A stretch of 35,164 nucleotides of DNA. Source: Octopus bimaculoides (lineage: Eukaryota). The stretch covers positions 40,428,921 to 40,464,084 of the forward strand of contig NC_068984.1 of assembly GCF_001194135.2 (NCBI RefSeq), read 5' to 3'. The position numbers and the translations under genes are program-made. Below, piece by piece: positions 1-12,975 of the stretch (position 1 is its first letter; every line of letters starts with the position of its first letter). The notes below the pieces were generated by a model. It was not told where the DNA came from and searched no databases. It saw nothing but the letters and a program-made list of their open reading frames with translations.

Positions 1-310
1 CCATAGGCCCCGGCCCGAACGTCGTCTTGAAAAGGCGGGTTAGGAATTTCTCGTCGACACCCAGGTTTGCCCCGAGAGTGTCGTCAGACCTCCCCTCCAC
101 TAGTCCTCTATAGAACGCATTGGTCGTTTGGAAGTTGCACAAGTTTGATCCCGGACGGCAGAGCTGTTGTAGAGCTTGGCGACACTCGCGGTGCCAATCG
201 CTCAGTTTCGGTCTCTTCCTGATCCATGTTTACAGTTCGGTGAGTGAGACGAGCTGCGGGAAGGCGTGCCTCACAAACGGCGCCCACACCTGTTCACCGT
301 CGTCAATGAT
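1..310 (-). mobile_element. L1/Tx1-like LINE ORF2 fragment (post-RT region), one in-frame stop, runs off window start
   Basis: Minus-strand translation IIDDGEQVWAPFVRHAFPQLVSLTEL*TWIRKRPKLSDWHRECRQALQQLCRPGSNL...FYRGLVEGRSDDTLGANLGVDEKFLTRLFKTTFGPGPM. GC-rich versus flanks. Resembles the region preceding the C-terminal Zn-binding segment of L1/Tx1 ORF2 (recalled similarity). Confidence 0.55.
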
Positions 311-830
311 AGACTGATAGACAGATGGATGGATGGATAGATAGATAGATAGATAAACAGACGCATAGAACAATGAAGGGTGAGAGAGAGAAGGAACACG
401 TACACATACACTGAGAGAATATGCGATACACACACGCACACACACTGAAGAGCAAGCAGTAGAACAAGTGGAGACACATACATATAAAAACATACACTCA
501 TGCATACGCATTCATGCACATACATATAAACACGCAGAAGACAAGTAATATAGACCCCCCCCCCCCCNNNNNNNNNNNNNNNCCCACACACACAAACACA
601 CACACACGGAGAGTGAGAGAGAGAGAGTGAAAGTTTGAGAAAAGAGGAGGGAAGAGGTGAAAGAAGGCGTAAAAGTGCAAAGAAGAGGAAGTGTAGTGAG
701 ATAGTCAGAGTAGTGATAGAGAGGGAAAGAGGGAAAGAGAGAGAAAGAAAGAGAAAGAGACAGAGAAAGAGAAAGAGACAGAAAGAGAGCACTAGTAACA
801 TTGAAAGCTGTAGAGAACTCGGTGGAGGAG
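311..830. repeat. Compound microsatellite tract (TAGA/TGGA, CA, poly-C, GA/GAAA) containing a 15-N gap at 568-582
   Basis: Directly visible; explains the spurious ORFs between 230 and 898. Confidence 0.9.
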
Positions 831-1243
831 AGTGGGACTAATTGAATGAATAAATAAAACAGTATTAACCAGCACCGACGAGAAGTGTTATTAACCATGT
901 TAGTTACTATTGAAAAATAAATATCCGACTACAGAAAACACATTTCTGTATTCTATAAGTGGTAGGTATAGTTGTACATGTGTATGCTTAATACATAGTG
1001 AGTTGTATAATAGTCATATCGATGAAAACAGCGTTACTCTAACCGTGAGGTTTGAATTAGTAATGAATTTACAGGCTGTCGTGTTATACTTTGTTGTATC
1101 TTTGTTGAAGGTTCTCCCTACGCGGGTGAGCCATGTTTTGTTGAATTTGTTAAATACAGTTGCTGTTTTTGCTCGCGGGCCTGTCAAATTTTGTGTTTTT
1201 CTTCTTCCCAATTTTGGGACGAAGTGACTGAAAAAAGGAAAAA

Positions 1244-1880
1244 ATGGAGTGTGAACCACTTCCAGCACATGCCGGGAGTTATGCTTCAGCAGCTGGGAAA
1301 GGTGCAGATTCGCTAGAAGTACGAGAAATTAAAATTGAACAGAAGAAGCTGAAGGAACACTACAAGCTGATTCAGAAAGAGAGATCCCGTTTAAAGCTGA
1401 TCCCTCCACAAGAAGTGATAACCAGTACCAAGAAAAGAACAGTGGTGTACAGAACTCTATCGACAACCACCAAGAAAATAGAGACAGCTACAGAAGAAGC
1501 TATTGAAGAATGTTTGAAGAAATTTAAGAACCTGACAACATTCTATATAAGAGGCAGAAAATACGGCACAGTGGAAGTGAGATTTGCCAACGAACAGAAG
1601 GCAATAAATCACTCAATTGTGACGCTGAAGACAGAAAAATGGGTACTCCTACCTACCTACTGCGGAAAAGGGTCGGCAGAATGAGAATAGGCAGAGTACC
1701 ACCAGATATCAAAGAAGCGAGGCTGGTGACCAAAATTCTAAAGGTCACAAGGACAAAGAAGGTAAATTGGTGGAGATACGGACTAGAAATGGTGATCCAG
1801 GTCGGACAACAAGATCTAGATGAAATTGCTGAAGAAATAATACTACCGGAAGACATTTTGTTCTATGTGATAGATGGAGA
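1244..1880 (+). mobile_element. Decayed LINE ORF1 (RRM-like, L1/Tx1-type), frameshifted near 1670 and 3'-truncated
   Basis: ORF 1244-1684 (...RGRKYGTVEVRFANEQKA...WVLLPTYCGK) continues in another frame as RVGRMRIGRVPPDIKEARLVTKIL...WWRYGLEMVIQV...EEIILPED. Coiled-coil-like N-part then an RRM-like pattern typical of LINE ORF1; the expected CCHC knuckle is missing. Confidence 0.55.
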
Positions 1881-2217
1881 AAAAAATTATGTAAAAAACT
1901 ATACTGTGTGTAAATCGAAGTACGTCGTTATAATACTATACAGAACAGTGTCGAGCAAGACACAACAAACATATAATAGAGAACTGAAATGCAATGTAAA
2001 TTTTTTTTTTTTATAACTCATTCTCGAATTGACTCTATTGGTATTTTAAACATTGTGTACAAAAGGTACAAATTCAACATAAACCTGCACATGCCTCACC
2101 AAATATTACCATACCCTACCAAAATATTACCATGCCCCACGTTGGAAATCACGGATCTACATGTATGTGTTGAAAGTAGTTCGTCTTTTTTATGTACCTC
2201 AAATAAGCTCTTGAACA

Positions 2218-2218
<1 letters not shown>

Positions 2219-2284
<66 letters not shown>
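2219..2284. repeat. (CA)n microsatellite
   Basis: Perfect CA run. Confidence 0.97.
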
Positions 2285-2287
<3 letters not shown>

Positions 2288-2789
2288 ACGTGCATACATA
2301 ACTAAAAGGAGCTCAGAAACACTAACTCAGAAGTAACAGCATGAATTTGAACAACAACAACAAAGCCAAAATGGCTCACAGAAAAAGAAAACAAAAATTT
2401 GTGGTTTGCACATATGTGTGTGCGTCTGCATGTTTGTGCGTGCGTGCGTGCGCGTGTATGTGTTTAAAATAACTTCACAAAATTTCGACTAATATCGTTG
2501 ATTGATTAATCCTCAAATGTGTCTGGATTTTATATCTCGCATGTACTTTTGTATATGTATCATATATGCACTTTTGGGCACGTAGCTGGTTTGGTGCTGG
2601 TGATCCTGTCGTTCGTTGTTGGCGCTGGTGGCGTGCATAAGCAGTTCTCTATATTAATTGTTTCATTATTATATTATTTAGCGTCTATCAAGGTTGATGA
2701 AGCGCAAGCTACTATTAAAAAGAAGAGGTGGGGGGAGAGAATGGTATGCGTAATTGTTCTAAAATTCAAGGAAGAATGACAGCAAAATT

Positions 2790-4840
2790 TTGAATTTAAC
2801 GACTAGTTTCAATAGAAAAAAAATGATAAGGAAGCTAGTTATGTATAAAAAAAACTACGACAGTACTCTGAGAAGTGCAAACAAAACCGAACAAAAAAAG
2901 ATAAAAAAAGAGTGTTGTGATGTGCCTAACACTAGCGTTGATATTATTCAATTTGTTGCGGAAAATAAGTCAGTGAAAACAGAACAAACAGTAAAAGATA
3001 AGAACTGCCTATTGATAACTTATTGCTGAATATGGCGTTCCTTTGTCAACGCTGATCATTTTCTGACAGTATGTAAGAAGCATTACTAGACAACGCCGTT
3101 GTCGAAAAGTTATCACTGAAAATAACGAAACTTTTGCATGTCATTCAGAATGGAATATCCTTTCGTGAAAAAAACAAAAAAAACAAAAAACAAAAAAAGT
3201 AATGGGTATTTCTGAGACACAATAATTTTATTACTCCCGGACGAGTTACTCAAACTTTAGCTCTAGTTGGAAGATAAGCTTGATCTGAATAACCCCGATG
3301 ATATAGACGCACTTGCAGGTACTATAATTGATGTGAATGGAAAGATTCTTTACAATGCTGCCAAATCTACGCTACGAAAATAAAATATTTCCTTACAAAA
3401 TATTATTAGGTCTACAAGCAAGGCGGCGAGCTGGCAGACTCGTTAGCGTGCTGGATGAAATGCTTAGCGGTATTTCACCAGTGGTTACGTTCCGAGTTCT
3501 AATTCCGCCGAGGTCGACTTTGCCTTTCATCGCTTCGGAATCGATAAATTAAGTACTAGTGAAACACTGGGGTCCATGTAATCGACTAGTCCCCTCCCCA
3601 CAAGTTTGAGGCCTTGTGCCTCCTGTAGAAAGGATTATTAGGTTTGCAAGCAGTAATGTTCTTCCACGAAGAGGACCAAAAGTGGGTTTCAAAGAGTCTC
3701 TGAAAGATGTTGTGTCTTCTGTTTTTATTATGAAATACATTTTCCTTTCTTTCGCCCTAAGCGCAAATCATGCTGTTAGAGGTTTTTTAAAAAGTGCTTA
3801 ATATCTTATGTCGCAGTAGCAAGAGACCGCCAGACTTTACTCTTGTTCAGAAATTGAACAGAACACTTTACTATAAAATACTTAATCTTTCACAAACATG
3901 GTGACTTTCGCGAGAAGCAGTTGTTACAATGGTTTTTTTTTAACCATTTAATGCTTTACTTCTTCGTTTCCAACGTGAAAATAATATTGACCGAAGCGTG
4001 TTTTACAGGCAGTGAATTTTTCTGAATGTTGAATTTCGCTCAGAGCATTTCAGATCACATCTCTTTTATTAAATGACATCATCAGAATATAAAAATCTCA
4101 AATTTCTTTATTAAAGAGGATTTATCGAAGACCAATAAATTATCAGAAATCGATCCAAAGGGAACTACAAGTAAACACTAGTATTGTTTGCATTGGAGGA
4201 AAGTCAACAACACATTTAACAAGTGATCATTTTGATGATCAAATCAGTGTTAGAAATTTTAAAACTGTTTGAAATTCGCTGCGGAACTTGGTGGTGAAAT
4301 AAGAAATCGGTACCCTTTCAGTGAAGATATAATTATCACTAAAGTAAAAGTATTACACTTAAAAAGTACCTGATGATCTTAGCATATAATCTGAATCTAT
4401 TATTCTGCTAACTGTTCATTTTCCATCTATTGTACCGAAAAACAGACTATATGATCTTCAAACGAATGTTATCATTTAAGAGCAGACAATTTATCAATCT
4501 TTACAAGATGTTTCTGAATATATTTTGTGGTTCAAGTTAAAATACATAAAAGGTTGGCTTCATTATTCAAAATAGGATTTGTTATCCCATTTTACGAGTA
4601 ATTTAACTATCTTGCCACTTTCGTCAGTATGCGATGAAAATAAATTGTTGCTAATGAACTGAGTCAAAACAAGATGTACAGATTCTTTAAAGGCAGAAAC
4701 TGTAAAACATAGATTACCTACAACGCTGTCTATAAATGATATGAAGAGCATTACGTAGGAGCGCGAAAGAGAATTAATCAAAGACTTAGAAGAAAGAACC
4801 GTAAGCAAAAGATTCTTGGAAAGACTTGAATAAAACAAAA
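2790..4840 (+). mobile_element. Heavily decayed hAT-superfamily transposase relic, interrupted by a SINE
   Basis: Motifs recovered across frameshifts: AEYGVPLS..DHFLTVCKK..LSLKITKL..VIQNG (~3025-3155); KILNLSQTW*LSREAVV (3875-3924; cf. hAT TRWLSR); ILPLSSVCDE..LMN*VKTRCTDSLKAETVK (~4609-4710; cf. hAT C-terminal dimerisation motif LPxSSAxxERxFSxMNxxKT). Confidence 0.7.
3421..3633 (+). mobile_element. tRNA-derived SINE, family A, full length with TSD
   Basis: Head GGCGGCGAGCTGGCAGA (A-box-like), GAGTTCTAATTCC (B-box-like), central GTCGACTTTGCCTTTCATC..GATAAATTAAGTAC. TSD ATTATTAGGTCTACAAGCA (3402-3420) / ATTATTAGGTTTGCAAGCA (3634-3652). Confidence 0.9.
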
Positions 4841-5581
4841 ACGAAAGAAGAAGAGGAGTAATTATTGTAATCTACATATAAAATATATAAAATACTGCTA
4901 TGTTGCTACAAAAACGTGATACTATATTTTTATAATATGAATTTTGTTTATTTCTGTCTCTTTTTCTGCAAGCCTGACCAAAAGGTTTTCTTAAAATGTC
5001 ATTTTTCAGTCTTAACCATTACCATACAGATGCTATAATAAAATACTGATTTCTAGCATAAGACAAAGTTAAGAATTTAAGAGAAGTGCTTAACTTATTT
5101 TAAAGAGACGCAATTAAATACCGAAATGTATTTTGTAGAATATTCGACTGATGAGATGGAAATCTGTTAAATAGTGCACTGTCAAAACGTTATTTAACAT
5201 CACTAACGAAACTGTCCGCAGAAAGTTAAAAAAGGATCGTTAACAAGTATATGAAAAAAAAAAAAAAAGAGCTGAGGTGCAAGGAAGTAACTCTGCTTCA
5301 CGCCAGAACCATACAGAGGGGTTATTTTGATGAAAAAAATCAACAAACAAAAAAAAACAACATGATAAACTGTTTTCTGCTTTTCTTTTACAGTTGCTTT
5401 ACACATGAAATAATATCAGTTATTTTGTGTGTATGACAGAGATACGAAAACTGCATTGATATGCGGGAAGAATTTACGGAAGATCTGGTGACAGTTTTTA
5501 AGAAGTCTTGTAAATAATTTTCCAGCGGTAAAGATAATATCTACAAAATTTTCAATTTCCTTTCTTGAAGAGGGTAACAAT

Positions 5582-5736
5582 CCTTTCTAATAAAGGTACA
5601 AAGAATGAAATTTTTGTGGGGAGGGGACCACTCGATGGTATCGACCCCAGTGATTCACTGGTACTTAATGTATCGACCCCGAAAGGATGAAAGGCATTTT
5701 GCCCGGCGTGCTAACGATTCTGCCAGCTCGTCGCCT
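5582..5736 (-). mobile_element. SINE family A, internal deletion, with TSD
   Basis: Reverse complement of the head (CGTGCTAACGATTCTGCCAGCTCGTCGCC) and of the core/tail. Flanks TTGAAGAGGGTAACAAT (5565-5581) / TTGAAGAGGATGATAAT (5737-5753). Confidence 0.85.
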
Positions 5737-6499
5737 TTGAAGAGGATGATAATACCTGCATTTGGCAGTCTTCCCATACATTAAGGAGTAAAAAAACCTG
5801 CTTTTGCAAGATAGTTTACGATGTTTCCAATAATTTAAGAAATATCTTGTCTGCTCATGGGGGTTTTCATGATTTCATACTGTTCATGGCATTTTCAAAC
5901 ATAGTTGTTTAGGATCACGTGGGACACTTTCCTTGAAATCTGCTATTGATAAATCCTTCTAGAGTTCGAGGACGTTACAGAGATCCGTCGAGACTGATGT
6001 TATCTGCAGGTAGAAGCTTACATCCTAACGTTCGTACTGGGCTGGACATTTACTTCGTTTCAAGAAAGAAGTTTCTGAGATCACAGGCATCTATTAAGTT
6101 TTGAAACTATATTGCTTTTTGTTGGCACCAGTTCTGTATTTCTTTGAATTTGGTCCAACACACTAATAACTGAATGCTTGATAGCAAGTTCTTTTTAGTT
6201 TTCATCTTAAGTCTTGCTCATGGCATCTGAATCTTTCGTTTTTTTATGGGTGAGCGGATTGATTTCCATTATTTTGTTTTTTGTTCTTTTTGATGAAAGT
6301 AATGATGCTTTTTTGCTGTCTCAGTGATGATGTTTTGAATAGATGACATTCTTCATCTAGAGACTAATTATGGTAGTTTTGTAAGAAAATTCTCAGGAAA
6401 TACAGTTTTTAAAAGTTATCTCGATTACAGTGTTTTCAAGCATTGAAATAGATAATATATTTTCGTGAAGATGGAATGACTCTTAGATCATCCTGAATA

Positions 6500-7401
6500 C
6501 ACAGACAGACAGACAGTCGTACAGACACACACACGAGAATGCGTATGTATCCACATATATGTGTGTGTATGTAGGTGTGTACAAGTGTGTGTACGGGTGT
6601 GTACGTCGCGTGAACGTATATATATGTATTTGCATGATATACTTATATATATATATATATATATATNNNNNNNNNNNNNNNNNNNNNNNNNNNNNNNNNN
6701 NNNNNNNNNNNNNNNNNNNNNNNNNNNNNNNNNNNNNNNNNNNNNNNNNNNNNNNNNNNNNNNNNNNNNNNNNNNNNNNNNNNNNNNNNNNNNNNNNNNN
6801 NNNNNNNNNNNNNNNNNNNNNNNNNNNNNNNNNNNNNNNNNNNNNNNNNNNNNNNNNNNNNNNNNNNNNNNNNNNNNNNNNNNNNNNNNNNNNNNNNNNN
6901 NNNNNNNNNNNNNNNNNNNNNNNNNNNNNNNNNNNNNNNNNNNNNNNNNNNNNNNNNNNNNNNNNNNNNNNNNNNNNNNNNNNNNNNNNNNNNNNNNNNN
7001 NNNNNNNNNNNNNNNNNNNNNNNNNNNNNNNNNNNNNNNNNNNNNNNNNNNNNNNNNNNNNNNNNNNNNNNNNNNNNNNNNNNNNNNNNNNNNNNNNNNN
7101 NNNNNNNNNNNNNNNNNNNNNNNNNNNNNNNNNNNNNNNNNNNNNNNNNNNNNNNNNNNNNNNNNNNNNNNNNNNNNNNNNNNNNNNNNNNNNNNNNNNN
7201 NNNNNNNNNNNNNNNNNNNNNNNNNNNNNNNNNNNNNNNNNNNNNNNNNNNNNNNNNNNNNNNNNNNNNNNNNNNNNNNNNNNNNNNNNNNNNNNNNNNN
7301 NNNNNNNNNNNNNNNNNNNNNNNNNNNNNNNNNNNNNNNNNNNNNNNNNNNNNNNNNNNNNNNNNNNNNNNNNNNNNNNNNNNNNNNNNNNNNNNNNNNN
7401 N

Positions 7402-7481
<80 letters not shown>

Positions 7482-7521
7482 AGGGTGTGTGTGCACGTGT
7501 GTGCGCGCATGTGTGTGTGTG

Positions 7522-7552
<31 letters not shown>

Positions 7553-7570
7553 CTGTGTGTGTGTGTGTGC
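6500..7570. repeat. CA/TA/TCTG/TCTA/TG microsatellites around assembly gap 6667-7401
   Basis: Directly visible simple repeats and N run. Confidence 0.9.
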
Positions 7571-8905
7571 ATATCTATATCTCTTGTGTAACTCACGATT
7601 TTGAGTCACTTATGTAGCTTTGCAGCTTTGCAGCTAAGTACAAGATATATTTACTCTTGAATATTGAATTCTATTTCTCCTACACGCAAACACTAACTGA
7701 CTGACTGTCTGACTGACTGACTGACTGACTGACTGACTCACTCAGATACACATACACACACAGTCATACACACACACTCATACACACATGCGCATGCTCA
7801 CACACACATATCCATCGGTCAAACGAATATATTTTAAACCGTAATTCTTATTGAAACCTTCAATATAAATCAAGCTTTTCCAGTTAGAAGATGGCAGCGA
7901 AATATTTTATTTTATAACAATAATGGAAACTGAATTTTATTACGTGTCAGAAGTGTCTGTTTAAAATTCACGAGAAAAAATTGGGCACACTACTGCATAT
8001 CTGAATAAATTTAGTTCTTTTGCTTTGATTTGGAAAAGTTGCGGCGAAAGAATGAAATTCTTGTGCAAGACAGCGCCACTGTAGCTCAATCCGTTTCTTA
8101 AAACTAGTTACTATATTTAGTATCGCCCATGTTAAGCTTATGATATCTTCATCTCTAGTGCGGTGGTATCCTGGAATCGATGTCAGAACTTTGGTGCATT
8201 GGTGAACGTAACTTTTGAATGAGTCTTCTATGAGTCATATAGAGCTTGTTTATGTGTTGTTTGTGAAGACATTAGCAGAGTATATGATGTAATTTTCTAA
8301 GCCTTTTATGTAGCAGAGCTCTATATATCGGCAATTGCAAGCCAGCTTCGTTCGCTTTTGATATGTTTGCAATATTTTTTTTTTGGCATTGTAACTCTTA
8401 ATGGAAATTGACATGTTCTGTATGCTGTTATATCTCAACTTTATGGCGATTTTTTTTTAATAGTTGATGGGAATTGTGGACTCTCTCGGGAAATAATTAC
8501 TGATCAGGAAAAGGAAATATGTCCCGAAAATATGTTGCAATACTGGTTTCTACACTAATGTGAAATGTTGAGTTATACCATGTTAAATTTATCGCTATAA
8601 CGTTTTTAAGGAAATATTTTTTTCAGTTATTGAATACTTTGTATTTTCTTGATATTAGTTGCATCTTAGCCTTTCGTTACAGAATTCTGCAACCCTGTTA
8701 AAGATGGCTTATTGAAGTACAGTTCACTTATCTTCCTGTTGATATTTTTGAATACATGTTTGTAAAAAGTCGTGTTAGATTATGTGCTGATGTAGGATAG
8801 GATAATTTTGGTTTTCTTAAAGAGCTAATATGATTTGAAGTTGACTTGGAACAAAATAAAAGTACACCTTTGTGTATATCAGAAGTGTGCATAGACCTTT
8901 CTCCC

Positions 8906-8937
<32 letters not shown>

Positions 8938-11249
8938 TATNNNNNNNNNNNNNNNNNNNNNNNNNNNNNNNNNNNNNNNNNNNNNNNNNNNNNNNNNNNN
9001 NNNNNNNNNNNNNNNNNNNNNNNNNNNNNNNNNNNNNNNNNNNNNNNNNNNNNNNNNNNNNNNNNNNNNNNNNNNNNNNNNNNNNNNNNNNNNNNNNNNN
9101 NNNNNNNNNNNNNNNNNNNNNNNNNNNNNNNNNNNNNNNNNNNNNNNNNNNNNNNNNNNNNNNNNNNNNNNNNNNNNNNNNNNNNNNNNNNNNNNNNNNN
9201 NNNNNNNNNNNNNNNNNNNNNNNNNNNNNNNNNNNNNNNNNNNNNNNNNNNNNNNNNNNNNNNNNNNNNNNNNNNNNNNNNNNNNNNNNNNNNNNNNNNN
9301 NNNNNNNNNNNNNNNNNNNNNNNNNNNNNNNNNNNNNNNNNNNNNNNNNNNNNNNNATATATGTATACGCATACATATGCACAAACACACATATATTATA
9401 CATGTATGTATGTATAAACGCATTTAAGCACATACATGCATTGATTTGGAAAAAGTCAGGCACTTTGTATGCCAGGATTCAGGCTAAGGCATAAAATGTT
9501 ATTTGAAAAGGTAAAAGGTAAAAAAAGGAAAAATGAAAGAAAAACTGTTGTGTTTTTGGTTGTGATGTATTGAATTAGTAAAATACGAATCCTCATCGGT
9601 TGTTACATTTGTGAGTGTGTATATTTTGTTATGTGTGACTATGTGTGATGTGAGTGTGTCTGTAGGAACAGTCTGATAGATGTGTTTGCGTGTCATTGTA
9701 TTTACGAAAACAGTCAGTGGAGGTAAATAAGTGAGTTTATTAGAAAAATGTCGTTTTCTTCGTTTGCAAATATTTCGAAAACCTGCTTTTTCCTGAATAT
9801 ATTCCAAAACGCCAGGAGATTAAAATACAAGGGGAAGAAACACTGACATTATGCTTAATTAAGGCACAATATGTCATTAGAAAAGGACAAAATGCCATGT
9901 TATTTCCGGATTCCATGTTAATGCTGTTGGTATTCATATATGGTATTTAAAAGGTATTTTCAGACATAAGTACAAGAAAAAAATTCTCTGTTTATTCAAT
10001 GCTTTAATTTATTTTAGGATTGAAAATCTTTCTAAAGTGCAAAGACTACAGAAAGTATTTGATTATGTACAAGTTGTATTTAAGAGTCATTGTTTAATAT
10101 TATTGAATATATTATTTTCAAAAACACGAATTGCTTGTGTTCTGTCTAATCATTTTTTAATATTCTGAATATATATTTATGTTGATAGAGATCGTTCTTA
10201 AACTGATTAGCAGCCATTCCAATACGATAACGCTGTTCTGGTTAGTGTCAGATATAACTGTGGCTGCATATATAACTGATTTTTCATGGCAAATGGTGCT
10301 GATTCAGGATACCTACTGAAAATGGCAATTACAATTCGGTGTTTTTTTTTTCGTTCTGGTGGCTTCAATTATACATTATATGCATTATAAAAGACTAAAG
10401 CTTTAGTGAAGTTTGTCAGTAACTTTTTTGTGTGAGTTTGGGTAAAATGCTTTTGTGAACTTTTGTCCGGAAGGAAGTGAATTCTTTCAAAATGGCGAAC
10501 AGTTTTGCTTATATTTATTGGATGCTTACATTTATTGAAAACGGTGGATTAAATTACAGAATTTTTCTTTTTCTTTCGCGCTTCTGATGTTAGACTGTGG
10601 GAGTTAATAATATTTCGTAGCTTCGTGGTGACTCCTGATAACAGTTAATTATTATATATATTTCGTTCTCAATTGAATGTGGGTTCGTAGTAAGAGGTTA
10701 CTGAGATTCGCTTACTTAAATTGGAGGGTAGATTTCTAAGATCATACAGTACGGGTGGGGGTTGGAATTATTATCTACATATGAAATTAATATTTTGTTT
10801 AATATAAGATTGAACTGTTTGTTGTCAAAGTTCCCATCTCTTTCAAATAACCTTTCGCACCTGAATTAGAAATAGCGTCAGCATGACCCCTCCTTATATA
10901 GTAAACCTCTAACTTTGTTCTAATAAATGCTTATAAAATAATTTAATAAAGCAGGTTGTTCCCCCACCCATACTAAAATAACTCGTTTGCATAAAGAAAA
11001 AGACACAAAAACTATTACTTTCGTTTTTAATATAATCCTGTTATTAACAACCATCAGACAATTTCATTAAACACACAAATATGCACACGCACATACCAGG
11101 TTCTTTTAAGAGTTAAACAAGCACACAGATATACACATGACAACATCATGAGCAAAAATCTCACAAGCATAGTAACCTATGAAAATGTCTTACAAATCAG
11201 ATACATCACCACTGAAAACGTTTTATACATACATACATATATAGACACA

Positions 11250-11283
<34 letters not shown>

Positions 11284-11309
11284 AGTATTGACCAATATTT
11301 CACCTGATC

Positions 11310-11465
11310 TGAAGGCTATTCCGTCTCAGGGTTAACCATTTACAGTTGGGTGGACTGGAGCAACGTGAAATGAAGTGTTTTGCTCAAGAGCACAACACGC
11401 CGCTCGGTCCCGGAATCGAACCTACTACCATCTAGTGATCGTGTGTGCAAACGCCACCCGCTTTC
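11310..11465 (-). mobile_element. tRNA-derived SINE, family C (CORE-like central segment)
   Basis: Minus strand carries a B-box GGTTCGATTCC (plus 11412-11422) followed by GTGTTGTGCTCTTGAGCAAAACACTTCATTTCACGTTGCTCCAGTCCAC, resembling the MIR/CORE CCTTGGGCAAGT motif. Confidence 0.65.
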
Positions 11466-11515
11466 ACATGCATATATATATATATATATATATATTTAAA
11501 GAACCAATACATAAT

Positions 11516-11668
11516 GGTTTCAAATTTTGACACAAGGGCAGCAATTTTGGGGGAGGAGATGAGTCGAAAGGACAAACAGTAAAGTCGACCTCGGCGGAAT
11601 TTGAACTCAGAACGAAATACTGCTATGCATTTCGTCAAGCGCGCTAACGACTCTGCCAGCTAGCCGCC
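11516..11668 (-). mobile_element. SINE family A, internal deletion, with degenerate TSD
   Basis: AAAGTCGACCTCGGCGGAATTTGAACTCAGAAC...CTCTGCCAGCTAGCCGCC. Flanks 11496-11515 and 11669-11688 match at 16/20. Confidence 0.85.
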
Positions 11669-11896
11669 TTGAAGAAGCAATATATTATTGTGGAATAAAA
11701 AAAAAAAAAACTATTCCATATTATCAGAAGATTGATGTAAGTGCGAAACTATTAATTGTAGTGTAGAGATGGAATATTCAACTATTAATAAAAATATATA
11801 CATAGCACTTTGCAAATTAACATTGAGCTCTCTTTTACTTAATGTTGTTTTTAAATCACACAGACACGCATGCATGTATAATATTTATAATCGATT

Positions 11897-12115
11897 AAGG
11901 CGCGAGCTGGCAGAAAAGTTAGCACGCCGGTCGAAATGCTTCGCCATATTTCGTCTGTCTCTACGTTCTGAGTTCAAATTCCGCCGAGGTCGACTTTGCC
12001 TTTCATCCCTTCGGGGTCGATAAATTAAGTACCAGTTGCGTACTAGGGTCGATGTAATCGACTGGCCCCACTTCCCCAAAAATTTCGGGCCTAGTGCCTG
12101 GAGTAGAAATGAATA
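11897..12115 (+). mobile_element. SINE family A, full length
   Basis: AAGGCGCGAGCTGGCAGA...GAGTTCAAATTCCGCCGAGGTCGACTTTGCCTTTCATCCCTTCGGGGTCGATAAATTAAGTACCAG...GGGCCTAGTGCC. Confidence 0.92.
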
Positions 12116-12759
12116 TTTGACTTCAAGGTTTGTTTCTTAATCTCTTTTGCTACTTATCTTTTGCTCAGTTTCAGAGGAAGCACATTAAATCTGCGATGAC
12201 ACTGTTTTTGTTTTTAATATTCTCTCCATGCCATAAAGGGATATTTGCATCGAGAATTGTTTTGATTTGCATCTTATGAATGTACCTTTATCTGTAAATA
12301 CCAACTAGAATACCTTTATTGCATGTGTGCTTTATGGACGATAGGAATATCCCATATCATATTGCCATAAAACATAATTCTGGACGTAAAAGTGAGCCGT
12401 TCACTCGTTACATTTATACAATATGGATAGTATAAGCCAACGTTATGCTATATTTCTACACTCTACCCCAACAAAAAGAAGAAAAAACAAAAAAACAAAA
12501 AAGAAGAAAACACCGAGTTTAACTGTTTAACGGAGGACGGTTCATTACTTCTGTATCTGACACTATTTCCGAGCCAAAATTAACAGACTTCCATTGCAGA
12601 GCTTACTCTCACCTCTTTCTCGCTCAATGATGAAAGGGTATGAGAAAGTTGATGTTTACCTTGCGTTAAATGGGCAAGAGTAATTTAATGTTTCTAAAAA
12701 CTCAATAGATGTTATTTGAGATATATACTTGTGATTGGATTCAATTTTCATGTCTCAAT

Positions 12760-12975
12760 AAGGCAGTGAGCTGGCAAAATGGTTAGCACACCGAGCAAAA
12801 TGCTTATCGGTATTTCGTCAGTCGTCATGTGCTGAGTTCAAATTCTGCTGATGTCAACCTTGCCTTTCATCATTTCGGAATCGATAAAATAAGTACCGGT
12901 TGAGCACTAGGATCGATGTAATCGATTAGCCCTCTCACCCGAAACAGACATCCTTGTACCGAAAATTGAAATCAA
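12760..12975 (+). mobile_element. SINE family A, full length, more diverged
   Basis: AGGCAGTGAGCTGGCAAAATGGTTAGC...GAGTTCAAATTCTGC...GCCTTTCATCATTTCGGAATCGATAAAATAAGTACCGG. Confidence 0.88.

Noticed and set aside
2519-2779. 86-aa hydrophobic ORF (GLVLVILSFVVGAGGVHKQF)
   Set aside because: No recognisable family, low complexity and no supporting exon structure.
5740-6460. Non-repetitive stretch with semi-open minus-strand frames (similar stretches at 7980-8400 and 31830-32450)
   Set aside because: No motif recognised in any frame; possibly old TE debris, but not supportable without a search.
10748-10974. 14-bp inverted repeat AGTACGGGTGGGGG / CCCCCACCCATACT
   Set aside because: Short, one mismatch, no TSD and no recognisable MITE termini; compatible with chance.
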